From Vulcanimicrobiota bacterium (GTDB taxonomy: Bacteria > Vulcanimicrobiota > Vulcanimicrobiia > Vulcanimicrobiales > Vulcanimicrobiaceae): 64,000 nt of DNA. The translations under genes were made by a program, and so were the position numbers. The notes beneath the pieces are model-generated. The model ran no database searches. It saw only the letters and a list, made by a program, of their open reading frames with translations, and was not told the DNA's origin. Below, piece by piece: positions 10,258-19,013 of the stretch (position 1 is the stretch's first letter; each line of letters opens with the position of its first letter). The stretch spans positions 468,016 through 532,015 of the forward strand of contig CAWFTO010000002.1 in assembly GCA_963818845.1 (NCBI GenBank), in the 5' to 3' direction.

Positions 10258-12351
10258 TCAGCGCAGCAACGGCACGCCGCTGGGGTAGATCGGGCGGTCG
10301 ATGAGCGCTTCGAGGACCTCGGCGCGCGCCGTGAGCGCGACGCCGCAGAAGCTCGCGAACGCCTCACGCTCCGCTTCGCCTTCCGCGAAACGCTCGGTCT
10401 GCGTGAGATCGACTTTGCCGGAGACCGGCAGGAAGCGCACGTAGCGGCCGTCGTCGTCGTCGCCGGCGTCGACCAACCCCGCATCGGCGAAGATGCGGAC
10501 GGCGGCGCCGACCGTGGTGCCGTCGACGCGGTCGAAGTCGAGCGTCGCCGCAATGTCCGCATACGGCTGCCGCAGCACGTCGTCCGCCGACATCCGCTTC
10601 ATCGCGGCGTACAGACGGCGCAGCGTCGGCAGCGTCGGCGCGGCGCGCTCGATGATGAAGTCGTTGATGTTGCGGTCTTTCTCCCCGAACAGCAGGTGGA
10701 TCGACGCGTCCTCGCCGTCGCGTCCCGCGCGGCCCGACTGCTGGTTGAACTCCGTGAAGTCGAAGTTGAGGTGATAGAGGAACACGTGGCGCACGTCGGG
10801 CAGGTCGATGCCTTCGCCGAACGCCGACGTCGCGACGACGACGCGAATGAGCCCTTCGCGGAAATAGCGCTCGACCTGCGCGCGCTCGGCGCTGCCCACG
10901 CCCGCGTGGTAGAACGCCACGTCCGCGCCGGTGAGCCCGCGCAGCTTCTGCGCCGTCTTCGTCGCCTCGGAGCGCGAGTTGCAGTACACGATCGCCTTGT
11001 CTCCGGTGCGCACGAAGCGCTCGATGTACGCGAGCTTGTTCGTCGTGCTGCGCGCGTCGACGACGTGCAGGTTGTCGCGCACCGTCGGATCGATGACCCA
11101 CGCGTCGATGCCGAGCACCGCGCGAATCTTCGCGAACGCGTCGTCGCCCGCCGTCGCGGTCAGCGCGAGCACCTGCGGCGCGCCGAGCGCCGCGATCGAC
11201 TCGCCGAGCCGCTGGTACGCGGGCCGGTGCGTCGACTCGAACACGTGGTGCGCCTCGTCGACCACGATGAGCGCCGGGCGCGAAACGGTGGTGCGGAAGC
11301 GGTCGATGTGGTACTGCACGAACTCCGGCGTCGCGCAGATCACATCCCACTCGCCGGTCTCGAGCGCGGTGTTCAGCGCGGCGCGCTCGCCGGCGTCGAT
11401 CGCGCCGTTCGCGCGGTGAATGCGCACGCCGAGCGGCTCGAGCCGCCGCACGAGCGCGTCGTACTGATCGTTCGCGAGCGCGCGCAGCGGATACAGCACG
11501 ACGGTCTTGGCGCCGTCTTCGAGCGCCCGCACCGCGGCCGGATACTGAAAGCACAGCGACTTGCCGCGCCCGGTGCCGAGCACCGCGAGCGTGTTCCGGC
11601 CGGCGTCGACCCGGTCGAGGACGGCGCGCTGCGCGTCGCGCAGCGGCCGGTCGCCGATGAGCGCACGCAGCACGTCGTCGCGCTCGGCCGGCGCACGTTC
11701 CGCCGTCGCCGTACCGAGCGCATCGCGCAAGCGCGTCACGTAGATGTTGATGCCGAAGCTGCGCGTGCCGCCGCCGGTTACGGCGGTCACCTCGGCGGTA
11801 TAGCGATCGCCCGCGTCGATGTTGGGCGCGACGCGCTTCGCGATGCCGCGGTTGAGGAAACCGAGCTGCAAGCTGCCGAACCACACGCCGATCGCGTTGG
11901 GATCGTACCGGTTCGCCGGGTCGCGGCGCAGGTCGAGCGGCGCGCCCGCCTGCACGCCCGCGACGACGTCCTGGCGGCCTTCGAAGCTCACGCCCGCGAC
12001 CTTCGTGTTGAAGCCGCTCGCATCACCGATGGTCGCGTACGGGTCGCGGTCCAGGAACGCCGCGGACTTCGCGTACAGCTCGTCGAGAAACGCCGAAGCC
12101 GGTGTCTCTTGCGCCCCTTCGACAGGCTCAGGGTGACGTGAAGCAACGCCGCCGTCCATAACGAGCTGGGTGCCCCGCCCCCCGCCACCGCGAGCTTGCG
12201 CGTCGTCACCCTGAGCTTGTCGAAGGGCGTCCTGCGGCTCGGCGTAAGACGCGAGAAGCCGCTCGAAGGCGGCTTCCGACGGGGTGGGCGGTGGGAGCTT
12301 GTGGCTCCCACGCGCGGAGCGCGAACGCGACGGCGGCGTCGCCGAATCCAC
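10258..12351 (-). CDS. HIRAN domain plus RecQ-like SF2 (DEAH) helicase with C-terminal winged helix
   Basis: HIRAN (NTKVAGVSFEGRQ...RDPANRYDPNAI), Walker A LGTGRGKS, DEAHH, ALTATA, ATSAFGEGID, QQSGRAGRDG. Start uncertain (GTG 12351 or ATG 12159). Confidence 0.88.
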   Translation of the reverse strand: MDSATPPSRSRSARGSHKLPPPTPSEAAFERLLASYAEPQDALRQAQGDDAQARGGGGRGTQLVMDGGVASRHPEPVEGAQETPASAFLDELYAKSAAFLDRDPYATIGDASGFNTKVAGVSFEGRQDVVAGVQAGAPLDLRRDPANRYDPNAIGVWFGSLQLGFLNRGIAKRVAPNIDAGDRYTAEVTAVTGGGTRSFGINIYVTRLRDALGTATAERAPAERDDVLRALIGDRPLRDAQRAVLDRVDAGRNTLAVLGTGRGKSLCFQYPAAVRALEDGAKTVVLYPLRALANDQYDALVRRLEPLGVRIHRANGAIDAGERAALNTALETGEWDVICATPEFVQYHIDRFRTTVSRPALIVVDEAHHVFESTHRPAYQRLGESIAALGAPQVLALTATAGDDAFAKIRAVLGIDAWVIDPTVRDNLHVVDARSTTNKLAYIERFVRTGDKAIVYCNSRSEATKTAQKLRGLTGADVAFYHAGVGSAERAQVERYFREGLIRVVVATSAFGEGIDLPDVRHVFLYHLNFDFTEFNQQSGRAGRDGEDASIHLLFGEKDRNINDFIIERAAPTLPTLRRLYAAMKRMSADDVLRQPYADIAATLDFDRVDGTTVGAAVRIFADAGLVDAGDDDDGRYVRFLPVSGKVDLTQTERFAEGEAEREAFASFCGVALTARAEVLEALIDRPIYPSGVPLLR
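12115..12227. repeat. Inverted pair of 24-bp REP-like repeats (CGTCACCCTGAGCYTGTCGAAGGG) with a 65-bp spacer
   Basis: 12115-12138 and 12204-12227 are reverse complements with one mismatch; further copies at 37594 and 48566. Confidence 0.9.
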
Positions 12352-13688
12352 TAGACCGGTTTGTGCTCGGGTTCGTGCTCGGGCGCAGGCTCGTCGCCGA
12401 GGTTCAGCCGGATCTCCTCGTGACCGAGTTCCGCGGCTTCGTCGTGCAGGCCGAGCGCCTGCGCGTCGAGCGGATCGATCTCGTGCTCTGCAACCGGTTC
12501 GTGCGGCGCGTCGGCGTGATGCGGCAGCTCGGCGCCGAAGTTGCGGTTCTCGAGCTTCTCGAAATCGATCTCTTTCTGCGAGCGCTTGTAGCGCGGCGGC
12601 GGCGCGGTACGCCGCGACGCGCCCTGGCGCTCGAGGTCGCGTCGCGCGCGCCGTGCTGCGGCGACCGCCTCGCGGTCGCGCTGCACCGCCGCCTGCGATG
12701 CCGCGCCGGAGCGCGCTGCCGCAACGGACCTCGGCTGCGCGGCGAGCGACGAGCGGTGGAAGATTCCGCCGCCGCGCTTGTGCACGCGCTTCTGCAGTAC
12801 GGCGACGAGCGGTGCCGAGTAGAAGATCGAGTGGTAGCCGCCGGAGCAGATGCCGACCAGCAGCGCGAACGCGAAGTTCTGCAGCGAGGCGCCGCCGAAC
12901 GCCAGCAGGGCGACCAGCGTGATGACGACGGTCGCGAGCGTGTTGACCGAGCGCGTCATGGTCTGCAGGATCGACGTGTTGACGATCTCGTCGAACGGCT
13001 TGCCGTCCATCACCTTGACGTTCTCGCGAATCCGGTCCAGGATCACGATCGTGTCCATGACCGAATAGCCGATGACCGTCAGCACGGCGGCCAGGAACGC
13101 GTCGTCGACGCGGCGGCCGGCGATCGCGTAGATGCCGATCATCATCAGTGAGTCGCGCACGAGCGCGACCACGCACACCCAGCCGAAGATCAGATTCCAG
13201 CCGAACCGGAACGCGATGTAGAGGAACTGGATCGCGATCGCGATCACCAGCGCCTTGATCGCGTTGATGAGGTACTCGCGCGAGAGCGACGGCCCGACCG
13301 TCGAGATCGCGGATGCGGACCGGTCGACCGGCGCAACCTTGTTCAGCGCGGCCCAGAACGAGGTCGAGTCGTTGCCGAAGTCGTGCTGCGTCTCGATCGT
13401 CCAGCGCTCGTCCGCCGGCTCATTGGGTTTGGACAGCGTGTTGATGCGCGCGTCGGTGACGCCCACGGGGGCGATCGCGCTCGCGATCGCGTCCTTGCTC
13501 GCGGGCTTGGTGAACTTCACCGTGACGTCGGTGCCGCCGGTGAACGACAGGCCGAGCCGCAGCGGCGACCCGTCCTTCCACCAATGATAGCCCATGAAGA
13601 GCACGCCGGCGAGGATGACGGCGTACGAGATCGCCGAGACGACGCGGAACCAGCCGACGACGTTCCAGTTCAGACGACGGAAGAACAT
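12351..13688 (-). CDS. secF: Protein translocase subunit SecF
   Basis: LRLGLSFTGGT, STVGPSLS, GYSVMDTIVILDRIREN, TMTRSVNT. Confidence 0.95.
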   Translation of the reverse strand: MFFRRLNWNVVGWFRVVSAISYAVILAGVLFMGYHWWKDGSPLRLGLSFTGGTDVTVKFTKPASKDAIASAIAPVGVTDARINTLSKPNEPADERWTIETQHDFGNDSTSFWAALNKVAPVDRSASAISTVGPSLSREYLINAIKALVIAIAIQFLYIAFRFGWNLIFGWVCVVALVRDSLMMIGIYAIAGRRVDDAFLAAVLTVIGYSVMDTIVILDRIRENVKVMDGKPFDEIVNTSILQTMTRSVNTLATVVITLVALLAFGGASLQNFAFALLVGICSGGYHSIFYSAPLVAVLQKRVHKRGGGIFHRSSLAAQPRSVAAARSGAASQAAVQRDREAVAAARRARRDLERQGASRRTAPPPRYKRSQKEIDFEKLENRNFGAELPHHADAPHEPVAEHEIDPLDAQALGLHDEAAELGHEEIRLNLGDEPAPEHEPEHKPV

Positions 13689-15004
13689 TAGCTACGGGCC
13701 TCCGCCCGAACGAGCGCGCCGCCCGTGCTGCCCGCGCCGTACGCGGCCTTCGAAGTCACGAGATTGTTGTCGACCACCAGGTCCATGAAGAACCGCGTCA
13801 CGACGACGGCGGTGAACAGCGAGAACGCGGTGCCCCAGAAGAGCGTGTACGCGAACCCTTTCACCGTGCCGGTGCCCAGCATGTACAGGACGCCCGCGCC
13901 GACGATCGTCGTGAAGTGCGAGTCGAAGACGGAGCTGAACGCGCGCTGGAAGCCGATGCGCACCGCTGCACGCAGCGACTTGCCGGCCCACAGCTCTTCT
14001 TTGATGCGCTCGAAGATCAGGACGTTCGCATCGACCGCCATACCGATGGAGAGCACGAAGCCGGCGATGCCGGGCAGCGTGAGCACGGCGTGCGCGACCG
14101 AAAGCAGCGCGAGCAGCGCGAGCACGTACACGACGAGCGCGAAATCCGCGAGCAGGCCGGGAAGCCGGTACATCACGACCATGAAGATCAAGACGAGCGA
14201 AAGGCCCGCGATCGACGCGGCGAGCGACTTCTGCAGGTCTTCCTGACCCAGCGTCGCGCCGACGTCGTCCTTCTCGATGATGCTGACGGGCACAGGGAGC
14301 GCGCCGGCGTTCAGCTCGTTGGCGAGCGTGGAGACCTGCTCTTCCGTGAACGATCCGTGGATCATCCCGTTGTCGGCGATGACGCCTTCGATGGTCGCGT
14401 CGCTGACCCACTTCTTGTCCAGGAAGATGCCCATGATCTCGTTCATGTGCGTGCGCGTCATGTCGGCGAACTTGCGCGGGTTCTTCGTGACGAAGTCGAC
14501 CTGCGGCTCGTTGCCCTGCCCGAATCCGGGCGCAGCGCTCTTGAGCTCCGAGCCGCTGTAGACGACGGCGCCGGAGTCCTTGTACGCGCCGTTCGGATCG
14601 TTCGCGTACTTCGGGTCGGAGCGCGCGCGCTGCGAAACCTTCGGCGGCTCGATCTTGAACTCGAGCACCGCGACCTGCTTGAGCAGCGTCTCGAGCTGGT
14701 CCGCGTTCTTGACGGCGGGCACCTCGACGAGAAGCCTGTCGGTGCCCTGCTTCGTGATCACCGGCTCGGAAACGCCGAGGCTGTTGACGCGCTTGTCGAC
14801 GACCAGCTCGACTTGGTTCTGCACCTCGGGCGTGATCTTCGGCACGTCTTTCGTCGGCTGAAGTTGCAGCAGCACGCGTGCGCCGCCCTGAAGGTCGAGA
14901 CCGAGGTGGATCTTCTTCTGGATGGGCACGATCGCCCACACGCAGAGGCCGACCAAGGCCAACAGGAGGACCGACTGAACCGGCCTCTTGAGCTTATTCC
15001 ACAT
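13688..15004 (-). CDS. secD: Protein translocase subunit SecD
   Basis: LGLDLQGG, RVNSLGVSEP, TLPGIAGFVLSIGMAVDANVLIFERIKEE. Confidence 0.96.
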   Translation of the reverse strand: MWNKLKRPVQSVLLLALVGLCVWAIVPIQKKIHLGLDLQGGARVLLQLQPTKDVPKITPEVQNQVELVVDKRVNSLGVSEPVITKQGTDRLLVEVPAVKNADQLETLLKQVAVLEFKIEPPKVSQRARSDPKYANDPNGAYKDSGAVVYSGSELKSAAPGFGQGNEPQVDFVTKNPRKFADMTRTHMNEIMGIFLDKKWVSDATIEGVIADNGMIHGSFTEEQVSTLANELNAGALPVPVSIIEKDDVGATLGQEDLQKSLAASIAGLSLVLIFMVVMYRLPGLLADFALVVYVLALLALLSVAHAVLTLPGIAGFVLSIGMAVDANVLIFERIKEELWAGKSLRAAVRIGFQRAFSSVFDSHFTTIVGAGVLYMLGTGTVKGFAYTLFWGTAFSLFTAVVVTRFFMDLVVDNNLVTSKAAYGAGSTGGALVRAEARS

Positions 15005-15170
15005 GTACCGTACTAGCCGCGAGTAGGCCCGTTCGTGTCATTGCTGAGCCTACCGAAGGGCGGGAAGGGGAGAACCCTCGGATCGTAGCATGGGGGCCGG
15101 ACAGCGTCAAACGACGTTGGAGACGTCCGGCCGGCAAGGGGGACCAGCGACCGGGCGCACGGAGGGCAAC

Positions 15171-15605
15171 GTGACCGACGGCCGAGGCGTCGATGCAGGA
15201 CTCCTGCAAACCCGTTACCGCCTCACGAAACAGCGGGCCGCGATTCTGCGCGCGCTCGACGACGGCGCGCACCTCACCGCGGAAGCGATTCACGAGCGCG
15301 TGCGCGCCGAGCTTCCCGCCGTGAGCCTTGGCACGATCTATCGCACGCTGGACATCTTGCGCGGGATCGGGCTCGTGCAAGTCTTCGCACACGGCGGCGC
15401 GGCGCGCTACGAGGCGGCGCTCGACAAGCATCACCACCTCGTGTGCGTCGCGTGCGGCGAGATCGTCAACGTCCCGGCGCCGCAAGTGCTCTCGCTCGCG
15501 CTCGCCGCCGCGCAGGACAACCGCTACAGCGGCGTCGACGCGACGCTCGTGATCACCGGCCGCTGCGCGCGCTGCGCAGGGCTCGCACGCAACGGCCTGA
15601 CGTAG
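15171..15605 (+). CDS. fur: Fur/PerR family transcriptional repressor
   Basis: RLTKQRAAIL, SLGTIYRTL, HHHLVCVACG and CARC zinc motifs; GGAGG RBS before GTG 15171. Confidence 0.9.
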   Translation: MTDGRGVDAGLLQTRYRLTKQRAAILRALDDGAHLTAEAIHERVRAELPAVSLGTIYRTLDILRGIGLVQVFAHGGAARYEAALDKHHHLVCVACGEIVNVPAPQVLSLALAAAQDNRYSGVDATLVITGRCARCAGLARNGLT

Positions 15606-15629
15606 CACCGTCCCGCGACGCGGGCGCGC

Positions 15630-16790
15630 TCAGCCCGGAAGGCTGAGGTCGCGGCGCGTCTCGAGGTACTCCTTCGCCTTGCCGACTTCCGTGCCGAGCG
15701 CGTCGACCGTGCGCTCCATCGACGAGAGCGCCTTGATGCGGTAGTCGGCCATGCCGTCGATCGTCGCGCGCACGTTCGCGAACGCTTCCTTGAGCTTGTC
15801 GACGTCGATCGTCGCGCTCGACGCGCCTTCCTGGATGCGGGTCGCATTCGAGCGCAGGATCGCCGACGTCGACGCGATCAGGTTGGACGTGGTCGACTGC
15901 AGCGCGGTGATCTGATCGAGCACGAGCTTTTGGTTCGCGACCGCCTGCGCGGTGACGACCGCGGTACGCAGCGCGGCGACGGTCGTCGTCGTGGCGCGGT
16001 CGACGCCCTTGGCGAGCTCGGCGTTGTTGCGCTTGATGAGGTCGAGCGCCATGTAGCCCTGCACGTTGACGGCGAGCTGCGTCGCGATGTCCTGCTGCTT
16101 CTGCCGCGCGGCGAACAGCACGTCTTCCTGCAGCGCGCGCGCCCGCTCGGGCTCGGTCGCCTGCAGCTTTTCGACCTCGCGCGCGACCGCGTCGCCGAGC
16201 GCCCGCGCAAGGTAGCCGTGCTTCTCGAGCTCGCCCATCAGCGACCACATCGTCGCCTTCTCCTGCTCGATGGCCGCGTTGTCGCGCAGCAGTTCGTCCT
16301 TGCCGCGGCGCAGGCTCTCGATGATCGCGTTCAGGTGCGACTGCGACGACTCATAGCCGCGGAAATAGTCGCGCAGCTTGTTGCCGAACGGAATCACGCC
16401 GAGCAGCTTCTTGGGCGAGAAGAGGTCGCCCTGACGCGACGGGTCCAGCTTGTCGATCGTGCCGCGCAGGTCGATGAGCGACTTCGCGACCGGCGAGCCT
16501 TCGTCGAGCGCGGCCATCGCGCGGGTCGGCCGGTCGAGCATGCGGTTCGACACGCTGGACGAGCGCCCGATCTCCGTCGTCGCGAGCGCTTCGAGCGCGC
16601 GCACGCGTTCTTTGTATGCCTCGCCGTCGCGCGGCAGCGTGACGAGCTCGCTCGCGAGGTGCGCCGCCTGGGCGTCCAGCTTCGCGCGCTCGTCGCCGGG
16701 CACCGGTACCTTACCGATCGCATCGGCCGCGGCGACGGCCGTCACCGGCTCGGGCGGCGTGAGCATCGGCGGCTGCAGCTCCTCAGACAC
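15630..16790 (-). CDS. telA: Toxic anion resistance protein (TelA family)
   Basis: Coiled-coil; LLGVIPFGNKLRDYFRGYES, LLRDNAAIE, LIKRNNAELAKGVDRATTTT are TelA patterns. Confidence 0.88.
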   Translation of the reverse strand: MSEELQPPMLTPPEPVTAVAAADAIGKVPVPGDERAKLDAQAAHLASELVTLPRDGEAYKERVRALEALATTEIGRSSSVSNRMLDRPTRAMAALDEGSPVAKSLIDLRGTIDKLDPSRQGDLFSPKKLLGVIPFGNKLRDYFRGYESSQSHLNAIIESLRRGKDELLRDNAAIEQEKATMWSLMGELEKHGYLARALGDAVAREVEKLQATEPERARALQEDVLFAARQKQQDIATQLAVNVQGYMALDLIKRNNAELAKGVDRATTTTVAALRTAVVTAQAVANQKLVLDQITALQSTTSNLIASTSAILRSNATRIQEGASSATIDVDKLKEAFANVRATIDGMADYRIKALSSMERTVDALGTEVGKAKEYLETRRDLSLPG

Positions 16791-16856
16791 AGATTCCCTC
16801 TCGCATGGCGGATCGGCTGAAGGCCGAACGCGACGGATTCGCCGGACGCGAATCCA

Positions 16857-17714
16857 CTAGTCGTTGAGCCCGACTTGGAACGTGAGCGGGACCGTCTTCG
16901 GCTCGCCGCGCTTCTCGACCGACGTGCCGATCGCCATGAACTCGATCACGTGCGGATTCCAGATGTGCGTCTTTTCGACGATCTGCATGCCGACGATGCC
17001 GTCCGAGCCGTGCCCTTCGGCTTCCGACTGCATGCGCGCCATCGCGAGCTCGCGCGCGTCGTAGATCGCCTCGGTGTAGTTCTGCAGCTCGACGTTCGTG
17101 CCGATCGTGCGCATCATCTGGGAGAAGCCCTGATGCGCGATATGGTAGACGCAGTTGCCGAGCACGAGCTCGCGCGGCACGTAGCCCGTCGACGTGACGA
17201 GCTTGTAGAAATCCTGAACGCTGAAGTCGGATGTGAACGGCTTGTTGTCGCGCGTGCGCCACGTTCCGGAACCGTCCGGCGCCTTCACCGCGGTGCCGAT
17301 CGCCGTGAACTCGAGCGCGTTCTCCGCCCACGCATAGCCGCCCACCTCGAGGCGCACGCCGACGATGCCGTCGGCGCCGAGCACGTCCGCCTCTTCTTCC
17401 ATGCGCGTCATCGCGAGCTCGCGCGCCTCGTACATCGCCGCGGTGAGGTACTGCAGCTCCTGGTTCTGATAGAAGTTGCCGTACTGGATGCCGACGTGGT
17501 AGATCGAGCTGCCGAGCACAAGCCCGAGCGGACGCCATCCCATCTGCTCGAGCAGCACGAACTCGGACACGGACAGATCGCTGGTGAACAGCGGCGCGCC
17601 GCCCTCGCCGCGCATGCGCCGCAGACGCGATACGGCGTCGAGCGGGACGCCGCCCTCCGTGGTGCGGACCTCGGACTGCTGCTGCTGGTTCTTGTTGATG
17701 CCGAAGAAGCTCAT
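16857..17714 (-). CDS. Tandem YbjQ/UPF0145 heavy-metal-binding domain protein
   Basis: Two repeats of FTSD(L/F)SV...YEARELAM.RM..EA...GADGIVG...EF.AIGT; ATG at 17714. Confidence 0.85.
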   Translation of the reverse strand: MSFFGINKNQQQQSEVRTTEGGVPLDAVSRLRRMRGEGGAPLFTSDLSVSEFVLLEQMGWRPLGLVLGSSIYHVGIQYGNFYQNQELQYLTAAMYEARELAMTRMEEEADVLGADGIVGVRLEVGGYAWAENALEFTAIGTAVKAPDGSGTWRTRDNKPFTSDFSVQDFYKLVTSTGYVPRELVLGNCVYHIAHQGFSQMMRTIGTNVELQNYTEAIYDARELAMARMQSEAEGHGSDGIVGMQIVEKTHIWNPHVIEFMAIGTSVEKRGEPKTVPLTFQVGLND

Positions 17715-18526
17715 CGTGCCTCCCTGAAGAGCCGGGTGAGTGTTTCGCGAGCGCTGCGCTCGCGCTCGGCGTACGCGCCGAGATCCGCGATGAGCCCTTG
17801 CGTCCACTCGCCGATGTCCACGGCGAGCGTCTTGTTCTTGATGCCGCGCAGGTAGCGCGTCACGGTCGCTTCGACGTGCCCGATGCGCGAGCGCACGAGC
17901 GCGTAGCGCAGCAGGTCATCGCGCCGCGGGACGTCCAGTGCGACCTCCTCGATCGGGCCGCGGCCGAGGAAGCCGGCGCGGCGAACCGTGACGACCGCGG
18001 GGAACGCGCGCGCGAGCCGGTCCGCCGCAACCTCGAGGATCGCCGCCGGGTCCGAACTGCTCTCGGATTCGAGCCGCTCCAGCAGGCGGCGCACGAGCGT
18101 CGCCGGCGGCGCCGTCGACGGGTCGAGCGGCTCGAGAGCGGCGGGCGGGTCAGGCAGCGACTCGAGCGGTCCGAACCGCTCGGTGAGAAACGCGCCGTTC
18201 GTCGCGAGCGCCGCCTCGGCGGTTTCGCTGAGCACCGCGAGGCGTTGCGCCGTCGCGCGCTCGAGCAGCCGCAACTGATCGACGAGCATTTCGGCGGCGG
18301 TCGCGTCCCGCCGCGCGGGCGGGATGTCCTCGAACGCCTTGAGCGTGTCGGGCAGATAGCGGCGCTCCGTCTCACGCAGCGCATACGCCGCCTCGTCGCT
18401 CCCGCCGGACGCGACGAGCCGCTCCGCCTGTGCGAGCATCGCCTCGATTCGCGAAACGATCGTCTCGGCTTCGGCCGGCAACCCGTCCACGCTGCGTCGT
18501 ACCGGAGGACCGCCTTGATGTTGCAC
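17711..18526 (-). CDS. Hypothetical protein, XpaC-like partner of TelA
   Basis: RYLPDTLKAF...LVDQLRLL resembles proteins encoded upstream of telA; stop overlaps the next start. Start may be GTG 18490. Confidence 0.65.
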   Translation of the reverse strand: MQHQGGPPVRRSVDGLPAEAETIVSRIEAMLAQAERLVASGGSDEAAYALRETERRYLPDTLKAFEDIPPARRDATAAEMLVDQLRLLERATAQRLAVLSETAEAALATNGAFLTERFGPLESLPDPPAALEPLDPSTAPPATLVRRLLERLESESSSDPAAILEVAADRLARAFPAVVTVRRAGFLGRGPIEEVALDVPRRDDLLRYALVRSRIGHVEATVTRYLRGIKNKTLAVDIGEWTQGLIADLGAYAERERSARETLTRLFREAR

Positions 18527-18573
18527 GGCGATGTGGACTACGGCGAGGGCGGTCGAAAAGGCTCTTTGGGTGC

Positions 18574-18602
18574 TTGCTCTGCCGCGCTCGTCTTGCTACC
18601 AT
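18574..18602 (+). promoter_or_regulatory. Putative sigma70 promoter
   Basis: TTGCTC-N17-TACCAT with extended TG, upstream of ATG 18665. Confidence 0.5.
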
Positions 18603-18664
18603 GGCGCAACGCACCGGCGCCTCTCCGAGGCGCCTCATCGCACGAGCGGGGGAGTTCGTCACCG

Positions 18665-18976
18665 ATGGCCGAGCATGCCAAGATCACGCCGCAGTCCGTC
18701 GCCGAGGCGGCCAAGGGCAACGACCTGGACACGTTGGAGACCGTTGCCGACGACGCGCGCGTCGCCATCGCGCGCTCCGCGCGCCACGCCGACGTAACCT
18801 TCGAAGGAGCCGCCGCGCACGCGCACGGCATCGCCGAGCACGAGATCATCCAAGTTCGCGAGGCGCTCACGCAGCTGGAAGGCCGGATCGCGCAGTTGCG
18901 CGCGGCGAACGCGCCGCCCAAAGCGGCGCCGCAACAGGACGCACCGGCCGCAGAAACCGGCACCTCGCCCGCATAG
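18665..18976 (+). CDS. Small helical hypothetical protein
   Basis: GGGGAG RBS and promoter upstream; 103 aa with amphipathic/coiled-coil character. Confidence 0.65.
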   Translation: MAEHAKITPQSVAEAAKGNDLDTLETVADDARVAIARSARHADVTFEGAAAHAHGIAEHEIIQVREALTQLEGRIAQLRAANAPPKAAPQQDAPAAETGTSPA

Positions 18977-19013
18977 CACGCCCAGCTGCGCCGGTCGAGA
19001 GACGATCGCCGAG

